A DNA stretch of 62,949 nucleotides, the filler included, from Octopus bimaculoides (lineage: Eukaryota), in NCBI RefSeq assembly GCF_001194135.2. It is 6 parts of 6 records of this genome, joined end to end, with 100 filler letters (N's around TTAATTAATTAA, not from the genome) between each part and the next. Parts side by side here need not be neighbours in the genome. Positions count along the whole stretch, not along the records: positions 1 to 29,389 come from NC_068992.1; 5 more parts are not named here. One strand, 5' to 3'. Made by a program: the position numbers and the translations under genes. Shown piece by piece: positions 1 to 12,368 of this stretch. The notes under the pieces were generated by a model. That model searched no databases, was not told the origin of the DNA, and saw only the letters and a program-made list of their open reading frames with translations. Each line of letters opens with the position of its first letter. Positions within the stretch are counted from its first letter, which is position 1.

Positions 1-47
<47 letters not shown>

Positions 48-55
48 CATACATA

Positions 56-150
56 GGCGGAGGCATGGCTATGTGGTAAGAAAATTGCTTCCCAACCACA
101 TGGCTTCGACTTCAGTTCCACTCCGTGGCTCATTGAAAAGGCGTCATCTA
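56..150 (+). mobile_element. Truncated tRNA-derived SINE (family B; GGCATGGCTATGTGGTAAG...CCAACCACATGG head)
   Basis: A-box/B-box-like head; related copies at 32590-32730 (-), 54585-54710 (+), 55600-55775 (-) and 19485-19640 (-). Confidence 0.6.
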
Positions 151-961
151 CCAGGCAATTCTTTTAAGAAAGAAATATATATGTGTTTGTGATTGTGTTT
201 GCGTATGCGTTCCTTCGTGCCCATGCACGTAGTTGTAATTGGATGTATGATGTTCTATCTTAATGTAATTAACCACATTTGCATGCCATTAACAATGGCA
301 GTGTCGGTTCTTCCTCAGATTTCTTACACGTAGCTGAAAGCTACTGACGTTTTGCTCTGATCGGTTTAAACAGGTATATCTGAGGAGCTGATAATTATCC
401 GTGATGTCATATGAACTCTTTCTTCGTTCTTCTGTACTGATAGTAACATATAGCTTAACCGTACGGAGTATTTACAAATTAAATTGAAATATATCTTTGT
501 TAAATACGATCATATAATGATATTTACAATTCATCTGGTTGCATGTTGGCTAATTGCTTTGATTAATTGATTTAATGTGATGTCAAAACCATATATTGGA
601 CTTAATTCAAATTACTTGAAAATTCGCTATTTTTAGCATCTTCATTCAGAAACCGAATTCTTGCCGACAACAAAATTTGGTAGAATTTAGTCTGAATTTT
701 GTGGAACTTAAAAACGTAACGTAAATTTTAACTTAAACCAAATGTATCTTGATTTGTTTTTTTTTTCTTTTGACTTCGAAAACGTAAACGTATCACCAAC
801 TAGATTTGTAAGGAATGATTAGAGAATGGTATGAAGATAGGTTTCGGAATGTCAAAGACTTTATTACATTAAACATTCTGAAATAAGTTGCAATAGTGTG
901 CACATAAAATTTTAAAGGTATTTGATAGATTAGAGTCGATGAACGCTAGTTTATCACTTTG

Positions 962-1002
<41 letters not shown>

Positions 1003-1007
<5 letters not shown>

Positions 1008-1310
1008 CCCTTTGGTCATGAACGATCATGGGATGACACCTAGAAAGTTACCACCCAAAGCACAAGTCCGGGGAAGGTGGTTATGGAAGAGCAGCATTCA
1101 CCTATGAATCCCAGCCTCCCTCCTCACCACGCCACAGATGCCATCCAAAGAAAACGTCACAATTCATCTCTACAGCTGAGTGAAATGGAGCAATGAGAAA
1201 TAAAGTGTCTTGCTCAAGAGCACAACACAGCCCAGTATGGGAATCAAAATCACTACCTCATGATTGTGAGCCCAACGCTCTAAAGATTGACTCAAGTATC
1301 TTCATAATGC
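1003..1310 (-). mobile_element. tRNA-derived SINE, decayed
   Basis: Minus strand reads ...AGAGCGTTGGGCTCACAATCATGAGGTAGTGATTTTGATTCCC...TGTGCTCTTGAGCAAGACACTTTAT (tRNA-like head plus SINE core); ends at an (AG)n tract. Confidence 0.65.
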
Positions 1311-1585
1311 AACTACCAATAAAACTGTTATGTGCAAAATATGTTTAATTCATCTTTGTTTTGTTTTATTTAGTGATTGAAGATTTGATATTCTATGTAA
1401 TTATTTGATCTCCTCCATATAACAAATCCTGGAGAAAGGTGATACAATATTCAAAGGCATTTTATATCTCAAACAAGAAGAAACTTCCTAGATTTCTAAG
1501 AATTCACCATATACACAAACAAATATATCCTAGTTGAACGACCGCATATATGTATACATAAAAAAACGCACGCTGCATGTATATG

Positions 1586-1623
<38 letters not shown>

Positions 1624-1638
1624 CATATATGTATATAA

Positions 1639-1702
<64 letters not shown>

Positions 1703-2094
1703 NNNNNNNNNNNNNNNNNNNNNNNNNNNNNNNNNNNNNNNNNNNNNNNNNNNNNNNNNNNNNNNNNNNNNNNNNNNNNNNNNNNNNNNNNNNNNNNNNN
1801 NNNNNNNNNNNNNNNNNNNNNNNNNNNNNNNNNNNNNNNNNNNNNNNNNNNNNNNNNNNNNNNNNNNNNNNNNNNNNNNNNNNNNNNNNNNNNNNNNNNN
1901 NNNNNNNNNNNNNNNNNNNNNNNNNNNNNNNNNNNNNNNNNNNNNNNNNNNNNNNNNNNNNNNNNNNNNNNNNNNNNNNNNNNNNNNNNNNNNNNNNNNN
2001 NNNNNNNNNNNNNNNNNNNNNNNNNNNNNNNNNNNNNNNNNNNNNNNNNNNNNNNNNNNNNNNNNNNNNNNNNNNNNNNNNNNNNNNNNNNNNN

Positions 2095-2171
<77 letters not shown>

Positions 2172-3802
2172 TATATTATATGCAGGGGGCGAGAGAGAGA
2201 CAGAAAGAGAGACAGAGGGAGAGGGAAACATCAAAATACAGAAAGATTTGTTATGAAATGTTTTAATGGATCGAATGAAGTATTTACATCGTTTATCAAA
2301 ATATAACAGCTGTTTCAATCGTTTATATAAACGATTTCGTCATGCAGGACCAACTAAATTGAAATAAATTAAATTCACTTTTCATGATGTCAGTCCTGGA
2401 GATAAACACTCAAACACACGGGCACACATTTTTGCAGTCTGATGACCTGGAGTTGCCTCTGGTATGTATGTATATGTATATATGTATGTATGTAAAAAGT
2501 TAAAATTAAAAAGTGAAGGAGTCAAAAGGAAGAGTAAGTACGGTTAGACAACTTTTTAATCGCTACAAATGTTTCGATAAACACAGATCCTCGTATATAC
2601 AGGATTTTAATTTATGTTTAAATTAAATTTTTTAACGATTTACCTATATAAGAAGATCTATATGTATCTCTTCGGGCGATACTTAGTTGTTGTTTCCGTA
2701 AGCAAAATTTAAATTTCCATGCTACAACATCCATGGAATACCTAAGACTAGAATTGGTAGCATACCATAAGTATACTACCGGCTATTTGAGAATTCTAAG
2801 GGTAAACGAGCTCTATTTGTACTCTTATACGTTCTTAACAGAATACACCTCAGCTATGTATGTATGTATGTATGTATGTATGTATGTATGTATGTATGTA
2901 TGTATGTATGTATGTATGTATGTATGTACGTATATATATATATANNNNNNNNNNNNNNNNNNNNNNNNNNNNNNNNNNNNNNNNNNNNNNNNNNNNNNNN
3001 NNNNNNNNNNNNNNNNNNNNNNNNNNNNNNNNNNNNNNNNNNNNNNNNNNNNNNNNNNNNNNNNNNNNNNNNNNNNNNNNNNNNNNNNNNNNNNNNNNNN
3101 NNNNNNNNNNNNNNNNNNNNNNNNNNNNNNNNNNNNNNNNNNNNNNNNNNNNNNNNNNNNNNNNNNNNNNNNNNNNNNNNNNNNNNNNNNNNNNNNNNNN
3201 NNNNNNNNNNNNNNNNNNNNNNNNNNNNNNNNNNNNNNNNNNNNNNNNNNNNNNNNNNNNNNNNNNNNNNNNNNNNNNNNNNNNNNNNNNNNNNNNNNNN
3301 NNNNNNNNNNNNNNNNNNNNNNNNNNNNNNNNNNNNNNNNNNNNNNNNNNNNNNNNNNNNNNNNNNNNNNNNNNNNNNNNNNNNNNNNNNNNNNNNNNNN
3401 NNNNNNNNNNNNNNNNNNNNNNNNNNNNNNNNNNATATATATATATATATATATAATAAATATATAATAGTATTTACATATCATTAAGTATCTGGTTTCA
3501 TTCGTTCAACTAATTCGCTGTACATTTGAATTTCAGAATGAAATTTCTACTTTATTATAATTACCACCAGCTCTGCATTTTCCATCTAATTAATATTCTT
3601 TACAAACGTAGAACTTTGACAAGTTAGTCATTAGTAGTTCTGAATTCTCTCGAGCAGAAACTGCTCTACGTTTTATTAGTTTGATTTTGTGTTGAGTTTT
3701 TTTTCTGTCTGTGTGTGTTTTTAATCAAAGTCTAGTCTTAAGTATAGTATAACGGTTGTTGAATTTAGTTCGAAGAGACTGAAAGAAGCACATCTTGTAT
3801 TC

Positions 3803-3978
3803 TTTTATTCTTTTACTTGTTTCAGTTATTTCACTGCGGCCATGCTGGAGCACCGCCTTTCATTGAACAATCCGAGCCTAGGATTTAATCTTTAATCTAG
3901 TATTTATCATATCGGTTTCTTCTGTTGATCTGCTAAGTTACGGAGACGTAAACACACCAGCATCGGTTGTCAAGCGAT
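3803..3978. mobile_element. SINE-like dispersed repeat (family E; TTCTTTTACTTGTTTCAG...CTGCGGCCATGCTGGAGCACCGCC...)
   Basis: Related copies at 19015-19200 and a fragment at 41885-41915. Confidence 0.6.
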
Positions 3979-4004
3979 AGTAGTGGTGGTGGTGGTGGGG
4001 GCAA

Positions 4005-4035
<31 letters not shown>

Positions 4036-4331
4036 NNNNNNNNNNNNNNNNNNNNNNNNNNNNNNNNNNNNNNNNNNNNNNNNNNNNNNNNNNNNNNNNN
4101 NNNNNNNNNNNNNNNNNNNNNNNNNNNNNNNNNNNNNNNNNNNNNNNNNNNNNNNNNNNNNNNNNNNNNNNNNNNNNNNNNNNNNNNNNNNNNNNNNNNN
4201 NNNNNNNNNNNNNNNNNNNNNNNNNNNNNNNNNNNNNNNNNNNNNNNNNNNNNNNNNNNNNNNNNNNNNNNNNNNNNNNNNNNNNNNNNNNNNNNNNNNN
4301 NNNNNNNNNNNNNNNNNNNNNNNNNNNNNNN

Positions 4332-4373
<42 letters not shown>

Positions 4374-6399
4374 GTTGGATAGGTAGATAGATACGTTGAG
4401 ACACAAACAGATTGCATGTGTTGATATGCACAGATACTGTATATGTGTATGTGTTGTGGTGGCGTCATACTTCTGATACTCAATTTGACTGTGGCATGTG
4501 TAGGTATTTGTTTTGCAAAAATATTGACATTTCTGTATTTTCTCTTCTCAAATGCTTTGTCTTTATTTGTAACTAAGCCGATTTCTGAATATCAATACGC
4601 TGCTTATAAAAAGAAAGAAAAAATTCTTCGTTACATATTGACTTGTGTTTTATAAGATAAAATGCAGTTGACAAGCGGATTAGATAACATGTTACTTTAT
4701 ACTTAAACTCGGTTTGTTTTTATATAGGTCAAGAGTTTAACGTTTTTGTGTGAATACAAAGACACAGCTTTCAGATTGAAGGCTCAGCAGAATATCTTAT
4801 TGGTCAAATATCTTAATATCGTGATACTGTTTTTGATGGCTGTTCGGTAAACCTGTCAACACTGATTGAGAAACCAAATAGTTATCAGCGGCGATGAATA
4901 TTTTGTGTCATGGAGTTTTATATGGGAAGATTTCTCATTTTCAAACTTTCTATTTAATGAAGCTGTGTATGATTTGGTGTAGATTTTTATGTTGTTTCTA
5001 TCATGTTAAGCGTTCACATGGCAGCTACGATATAGACATGTGACGTCATGTATGGTGCCAGCAACGTATTTTCTGTAAACGCCATGCTATTCTCCATGGC
5101 ATCAATTCCTCTAATATTTGAGAGACGGTACCACATTTAACTGTGAATATAGTTAATTTTAGGCAAATTTCAACAAATGTAATTTTCGATGGCGATGTAC
5201 CCCTGTGTGTTTCGGTAAATATACATATATAAATACCAGGTATACTCAATCAAAGCATTATTTAATTGAAATAGTCATTTATATATCACATTTTATGAAT
5301 ACATATTAAGTGGCCAGTAACTGAAATGTTTGTCTCTTATAGACTTGCTTTATTAAAGCACAGTATCGGAAAGAAACGAAGATTCCTTTCATTAGCGACC
5401 AGAGAGAACGTCTGATGCATTTTAGCCTCTCTGACTCTTTTAATGATGTGTGCTGGCAGCCGGCCATATGTTACGGTGAGAATTCGCCGTCTCTAATATC
5501 GGAAAGGTGAATAAAACTTTCTCTGATGTCACGAATACCGGCACGGCTGAGACAAATTCCGCTAAAAGCAATTTTTCTTCTACGCACGATCTTACAGAAC
5601 AGAATCTTGGACGAAATGTTTGCTCTCTAAAAAGATATTTAATCAGAGATCGCAATAAACGAAAAAAATAAATAAACCGTAATAAATAACGCAAAATGTA
5701 TTTTCAATACTGTAATGATTCTACAGTATGAAACACTGTAAATAAGTTATAATAAAAACTTACTGTAATTCCATTGATTTTTGTACGTGTGAGCATAATT
5801 TATCTTTAAATAAACAACTATAACACCTTTCGTCCCACAAGGTGCCCGGAAACATCAATATGCATTGAAAATTTCGGAAGAAAATGGAAGACGGAAAACA
5901 AAAAGATTTTTTATTTCATATTATATTATTTCGATGAAGAGTGTACATTTTAACTCTAACATAAGAGCATAACATGAAAAGAAATTATTTTGTTTCTAAA
6001 ACACATTAAGTAAATATAATTTTAAGTTTGCCATACGCTAGTAGATTCCCTAAGCCATAGATATTTTAACAATGGACATTAGAAATAGACTATAAACGAT
6101 ATTTCTCTGCGGCCTCTCTTTCAGAATACAACTGGTAATAGAATTAATATAATCGATCTATGATAGGATTAAGTCACGAAATATGTGTATTATTGCCATT
6201 CCTTCAGCCACAAAAAGTGCCAATTGGCAATTACAAATGTCAAAATACAAAAAGAGAAAACAAAATCACATTCTTTAACCATACTGAACAGATTTTAGTG
6301 ATTATTTATCAATATCCAATCGTAAAACAGTTACAAATATTTATTGACAAAATATACAATATTATTATTGAAAAATCACTTATTCATGATTTCAGTCAC

Positions 6400-6400
<1 letters not shown>

Positions 6401-6466
<66 letters not shown>
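6401..6466. repeat. (AAT)n microsatellite, ~22 units
   Basis: Directly visible; source of the poly-N and poly-I ORFs in the track. Confidence 0.95.
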
Positions 6467-6470
<4 letters not shown>

Positions 6471-7194
6471 GAGGTAACAACTGTAAACGACACAGGAGAG
6501 TAACGAATTCAAATAAGTTAAAACAGATGACTCAGTCATTGAAATATTGATAAGGGTATCAAATATTTTTTAATTATCAAATAAACACTCACATAAATAC
6601 GCACACGTACGCACAATCACATACGCATGCGCGAACGCGTGAAATAAATGAAATATGGATATATTAAAATAACTAAGATGGCTTAGGTCAGCAAAACTAA
6701 CTTAAAATCCCAGATATTTGGAATTTGCGACATTCGTGTGTAAATAAAAATCATCTGAAGCACGCAAGAATTGAATTTGTAATTACAATTCACCAGTCAC
6801 AAATTTACTGTATATGTATTCATGTGTGTACATGCGTATGTGTTTTTGTGTATATGTGTGTGTGAGTGTGTGTGTGTGCATACATGTATGCACATGAGGA
6901 TATCATTGAGCTTAATAATTCTTCTGGACAAGCTTCTTAAAATTAAAAAAAAAATTAATAAAAATTGAACTACGACCTGCATTCATTCTAAATATTCTGC
7001 TTTTTCCTTATCTTTTAACAGAAATTATTGGCAGCTAAAGCGTTGCTCTCAAAATGTCTCTTTTAGAGATCTACAGTCAATATGAAATTTAATTATTCAA
7101 AGAAGAATAAAATGCAACTTCAATACGGACAGGTGGTAGAATCTTTTCTACTCTAGGCACAAGGCCCAAAATTTTTAGGGAGTGGAGGCCAGTC

Positions 7195-7354
7195 GATTAA
7201 ATTGACCCTAGTATGCAACTGGTACTTAATTTATCGACCCCTGAAAGGATGTAAGACACAGTAGACTTCGGCGGAATTTGAACGCAGAATGAAAAGACAG
7301 ACGAAATACCGCTAAGCATTTCGCTTGGCGTGCTAACGTTTCTGCTAGCTCGCC
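7195..7354 (-). mobile_element. tRNA-derived SINE (family A; GGCGAGCTGGCAGAA head)
   Basis: Minus strand GGCGAGCTAGCAGAAACGTTAGCACGCC...GTTCAAATTCCGCCGAAGTC; many copies in the window. Confidence 0.8.
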
Positions 7355-7359
7355 ACTTT

Positions 7360-7485
7360 GGTGAGATGGCAGAATTGTTAGTGCGCTGGGGAAAAAGCTT
7401 AACGGCATTTCGTCCGTTTTTATGTTCTGCGGTCAAATTACGCCGTGGTCGACTTTGCATTTCATCTTTTCGGGTTCGACGGCAG
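7360..7485 (+). mobile_element. tRNA-derived SINE (family A), head-to-head with the previous copy
   Basis: GGTGAGATGGCAGAATTGTTAGTGCGCTGGGG...GTCAAATTACGCCGTGGTCGACTTTGC. Confidence 0.8.
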
Positions 7486-7742
7486 GTAAAGTGTCGCTCT
7501 CAAAATGTTTCTTTTACAGGTCTGCAGGCAATAGGAAATTTAATTATTTAAAGTAGAATAAAATGCAAGTTCAAGGCGGCGAGCTGGAAGAATCTTTTCT
7601 ACTCTAGCCACTAGGCCAAAAATTTTGGGGGAGGGAGCCAGTCGATTAGATCGACCCTAATACGCAACCTTTACTGTCTGTCATGGTCTTAAGTTTTCAT
7701 ATATTCAGACGACATTTTGTGCGTGTGTGTGTCTTTGTATTG

Positions 7743-7793
<51 letters not shown>

Positions 7794-8489
7794 TTGTGTA
7801 TACAGACTAATTACTACTACCATAGATGTAGGCCCTCCTTTCTCAATCTCTTTCCTTTTATCCCACATGCCTGTCAGTATATAAATATATATATGCATAG
7901 GTCTAGATAAGCGTAAATGTGCGTATCTGTGTGACCATTACTGTCCTTCGCTCTTTGTCTTAGCATTATCCTACTACATCTATCAAATATATTATCCTCT
8001 GTTTTCTACTACTAGGCATATATGGACATGCAAAGGACATCAGTATATCAGTTTTTGCCATAACATCCTACGACGAAACCGGTTGACTAACATCCTCGAT
8101 CGGTACTGCAAGTAACGGTAACTGTTTTCTGAGGATAACGAGGGAGATATTCCTCCAAATTTTCAGGAGCAAGGCTCTACCGTTACTTTTATCTCGCTGC
8201 TAGAATTAAATAGACATATGCTTCAAAACAAAAGTCTTAGACATGTGCAGAGCGTGGAAGTTTCCTACTTGGATCTCACTTTTTAATTTCTTCAATTTTT
8301 GTTCCATCTGATTTCATATTTGGTGTATGCAAGTAGTTTTGTATGGTAATGGAAGTTAATTTCGTCATACATCAATAAATGAATTGTTAATAACTTCTGA
8401 AGTTTGCAAGTTTAGTGTAATTTTAGTCATTTTTCGCTTATTAAATGCTTAAAACACATGAGGTATGATAATATTTCATTTGTTTACAG

Positions 8490-8533
8490 TTGACAACACA
8501 CGCAGTCACGCAGAAAATGACAGCATCGACAGG
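8490..8533 (+). CDS. Candidate small internal exon (unverified), possible reading xDNTRSHAENDSIDR
   Basis: Acceptor TTTCATTTGTTTACAG| and donor AGG|GTAACA; open in two frames; no homology recognised. Confidence 0.2.
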
Positions 8534-8776
8534 GTAACAATTATCAAACTTTAGACTTCTGTAATTTTTTAAAGTATTTTTTTCTGGAAATGTAAATTAC
8601 CTCCTGAGATTCACCGTGGAAAATTACATCAATACACCAAATGTTGAAATTTTCATTAAATATAAAATTTCTACACCTTTCCAAACAAAAAGATCCCAGT
8701 GTGTAAAATGAAATGAATGGCAAGGAAGAAGACACGTCATCAAATTCATTAGTTTGCATCTGTCTTTTTATATCAG

Positions 8777-8803
8777 AAGAAGCTTCTTACAGTAGAAACA
8801 CTG
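8777..8803 (+). CDS. Candidate 27-nt micro-exon (unverified), KKLLTVETL or xEASYSRNT
   Basis: Acceptor TCTGTCTTTTTATATCAG| and strong donor CTG|GTAAGT; length is a multiple of 3. Confidence 0.3.
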
Positions 8804-8971
8804 GTAAGTTCTTGAATAAATTTACTCTTTAGTATTTGAAGATATTTATATGTAATTTTGGTAAATATATCTGTTAAAATGAGATGTCAGTGCTATTTTA
8901 ATGTTTGCGTAATTTTGACAATCTCTTCACCACCTCCTGTATATATATAGATGCGTTTATATACATATGTG

Positions 8972-9041
<70 letters not shown>

Positions 9042-9508
9042 AGTGTGTGTGTGTGTGTGTGCATGTGTGTGTGTGTGTGCATACTAACGAACACGCGCGC
9101 GCACGCACACACACACACACTCACATATAATTTTAAATGTGCATTCTCGTTCACTTGAATGTACTTAAATTGAAACTTAGAAATTCCTGAAATATTGAAA
9201 ATATGTTTTCCATTGTTCAGCATAGCGTATTTATGTCTATATGCGTGTCTATATATTTGTGTGTGTGTGTGTGTTTGGGCGTGTGCGCGTACGTGTATGC
9301 GTGTTTGTGCTTATTTGGGAGCGTATGTACGTCTATTTGTGGGAACTCGAATGGAAGCTATGTATATTCGTAAATTTAATATTGTTAATGTATCGGGTTT
9401 TAAATTAGATTCCGAACACATCATTGCATATATAACTTGTCCCAACAAAGTGTCAATTTATTTCTCACTACTTTATTTAACTAAGTCAGTTGCGAAACAT
9501 ATATACAC

Positions 9509-9567
<59 letters not shown>

Positions 9568-10626
9568 TATATATTTCGTTTTTGTAATAATCAGCCACTA
9601 AAAGAGAATGACTCTCGCAGACACAATAATATAAATGAGGGCAGCAACGTCAAACTCTTTCATCCGCCATATATCACATATCAGAAGAGGTTTAGTGAAA
9701 GTGTAGCAGAGTAAACGGTGGTGCTCCACCATGGCCGCGGTCCTTGGAGTGAAGCATAAAGCAAAAAATAAAACTGGTAAATATTTTGGTATCATTTACC
9801 TCTGCATTACAAATGTTTCATTACTAATAGGATTTGCATAGGTATACATGTCGCAAAACATGTAAAACATCTCACGTTAGTAATTCTTCAGGTCGAGAAT
9901 TAAAATAACATACGAAAGAAAATGCTATTTTTGTTTGTATTCGTTATTATTGCAAGCATTTACTGGTGACAGCATGAAAACATGGGGTGCGTAATATATT
10001 TATTTGTGTTCATTTCTGAACCTATATCTGTATCATAATCGATTGTGAAATTCCTAGTGAATTTGATCTTCACGAACTATGTGGATCTACTTTTAGTATA
10101 CAGTTAACAGCTCAGCAAATCTTGCATTGTTATTCTTAAACTTACATTAAAACAATAACCTTATTTTAATATTTATACGTATGTAATCACACACACACAC
10201 GCGCGTAGGCATTGGATGAAATGACAAGAAGTGAACAATAAGAAGAAAGCATGGGCACATTTAAGTAAGAGCTAAATAACTAAAACACATAAAATCGCGA
10301 TACTAAAAATAGTTGAGCAATGCGATGGGCACTTGAATCTTCCAACTGAAAGGTGAGTGCTTCTGTCAATGTTGAACTCCTGACCGCCATACGCAACTTT
10401 CGCTTCTAAGTAGGGTTACATGATGTCTAACCCGTTTGTAAACTGCACACGTTATAAAGCATAAATCAATACGGTATGATGAATTTTCTATAATAAAAAG
10501 AACAGCTGATGTAATCCGTAATCGCCTTATATATACACATTCATGCATGTATACGTATATAAATGTATATATATATATGTGTGTGTGTGTGTGCTTGTGT
10601 ATACGTATATATATATATATATAAGT

Positions 10627-10684
<58 letters not shown>

Positions 10685-10907
10685 ACATACATTCATAAAT
10701 CTGTAGGTGTGTATATGTGTCTGTGAATATGCTTAATATAGCAAAAGAATGAGATTCGACTCGAGTTCTGCTGCTGGGCGTTGTCGATACTGGCAATCAA
10801 CCAAACCAGAAGCTAAAGTAGGTTGTCATCTCTTTGATATAAGAAACAAACACGCGTCCACTCTTCCCAATAATGTTTGCGCTCAGGAACACACAACCAC
10901 ATACAGA

Positions 10908-10945
<38 letters not shown>

Positions 10946-11326
10946 AGAGGAAAAACCGAAGTTCATGAAATCGTCCATGAAAATCCACAGTTTAATTAGC
11001 ATAATGTGAATTAATTATTAACGTGTAATGTATAAATTGAAATACACCAACAATAAAACAATCGCATGTTATTATAAGGAAAAAAATTCCACATATTTTT
11101 ATCGCATTGCCGTATATTTCTTTTAACAGTAAATTATTATGTGTTGCTAATACTCGTGACTCAGTTAATATACTCAAGGCCCAAGTCAATGGCGCAAATA
11201 GAAAGCAGCTACTGTTGCCACTCTAACCGGTCTCTGACCTAAACCTAAAGAGATATTTTTCTCTATAATTACGCATGTAAAATCAGTTGCCTTCACCCAT
11301 CCAGGAATGTGTGTCTGTGTTTGCAT

Positions 11327-11367
<41 letters not shown>

Positions 11368-12288
11368 TGTAACACTTTATTTGTATTACATAGCTACATA
11401 ACACGTCACTATTTTATGCTACTTGCATTCAACAATTCCCACGTGATTAGTACTTGCACTATTTTGTGAATTAAACAAATTAGTGTAGTAATATAATCTA
11501 TTTCCTGTCATCAGAAGCGAGTAATCGAGCTCTATTCATGGTTTAATAGTACGTTTCCCAACAAGATTAAATATAACTTTAATAAATCGTATAAAAACAG
11601 AAAGTGTTAAAAGCCTTAAACAGAAACGTAGGCTCATAAGGCTAGAATCCCGTATTCTGCGTCGTATACGTATTCTTCCCTTCAGCCGTCCGTTCTAGTA
11701 TCATTCATTTCGCCACTTGAATGGATTGAGAGTGTGTGAAATTAGGAATTTTTCTCAAGAAAAATATATAAATTCATATCCAAAAACCTACATAGCTTTC
11801 ATATCCTTGAGCTTTTAAAAAAAAACTCATATCCATCCACCTATATAAGATAAAACCTTTATTGAAAATTAAAACTCTACTACATTTATTGTATTTTATG
11901 ATGTTTTACTTCTTTTTATTTTCCTTTTCCCCCACTCTATTGTATCTTATTCTGCTTTACTTTATTTTAATCTGCATTTAATTTCTTCTTATCTTTCTCC
12001 TTACCCATCTGGCTAACCGGGCGTTGCAGAAATATATGGAGTCTGTAAAAAAACTTCCGTGTGGCAAATGTGCGCTAAAGCATTGTGATGAATGTTAAGA
12101 ATTTCAATAAATTTCTTTCGTCAATTGATATATTCTGGTCCTTAAAGTAGGTAAAAAGTCCGGGTTTCTGGTGTTAAAAAGAGTACAGTGAAACCAAAGT
12201 TTCGTTTCAACTAGGACGTCATCAGACAGTTGGATTATGGCTTAGCTGACTGAAACTTCAAAGACAGTCCATATTACACTTGTTAAGG

Positions 12289-12368
12289 AATAACAATTTT
12301 GTATTCTACAAAGTATTGCGTACGTCTAAAGACTTACGCAATACTTTGTAGAATACAAAATTGTTATT
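12289..12368. repeat. Perfect 34-bp inverted repeat (hairpin)
   Basis: 12289-12322 AATAACAATTTTGTATTCTACAAAGTATTGCGTA is the exact reverse complement of 12335-12368; the 12-nt spacer CGTCTAAAGACT adds GTCT/AGAC pairing. Confidence 0.95.

Larger units (their letters stand above)
7045..7659. repeat. Local direct duplication (7045-7210 vs 7496-7659) bracketing an inverted SINE pair
   Basis: GCTCTCAAAATG...AGAATAAAATGCAA...AGAATCTTTTCTACTCTAG...CCAGTCGATTA...GACCCTA occurs twice with a ~451-bp period. Confidence 0.85.

Noticed and set aside
2560-2615. Minus-strand ...ACGAG-GAT-loop-ATC-GAAAC-ATTT-GTA hammerhead-like string
   Set aside because: 5' core disrupted by a TA-rich insertion and stem I out of register; too degenerate to call
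4640-4655. ...LTCVL* and 18448-18504 ...CTSML* as further CaaX ends
   Set aside because: The Cys is at -3 or -5, not -4
10749-10775. TGAGATTCGACTC... resembling the miR-1175 5' end
   Set aside because: Only the first 8 nt match my recollection of the mature sequence; no supporting hairpin seen
12048-12118. ORF piece MESVKKLPCGKCALKHCDEC* as a metal-binding peptide
   Set aside because: Context (pyrimidine-rich lead, GAAATATAT, AT-rich tail) looks like a decayed repeat or pLTR; CDEC is a poor CaaX
12195-12232. Minus-strand CTGATGA...GAAAC as an intact hammerhead
   Set aside because: The core heptamer is perfect, but stem II has only 2 bp and no stem I partner follows; at best a relic
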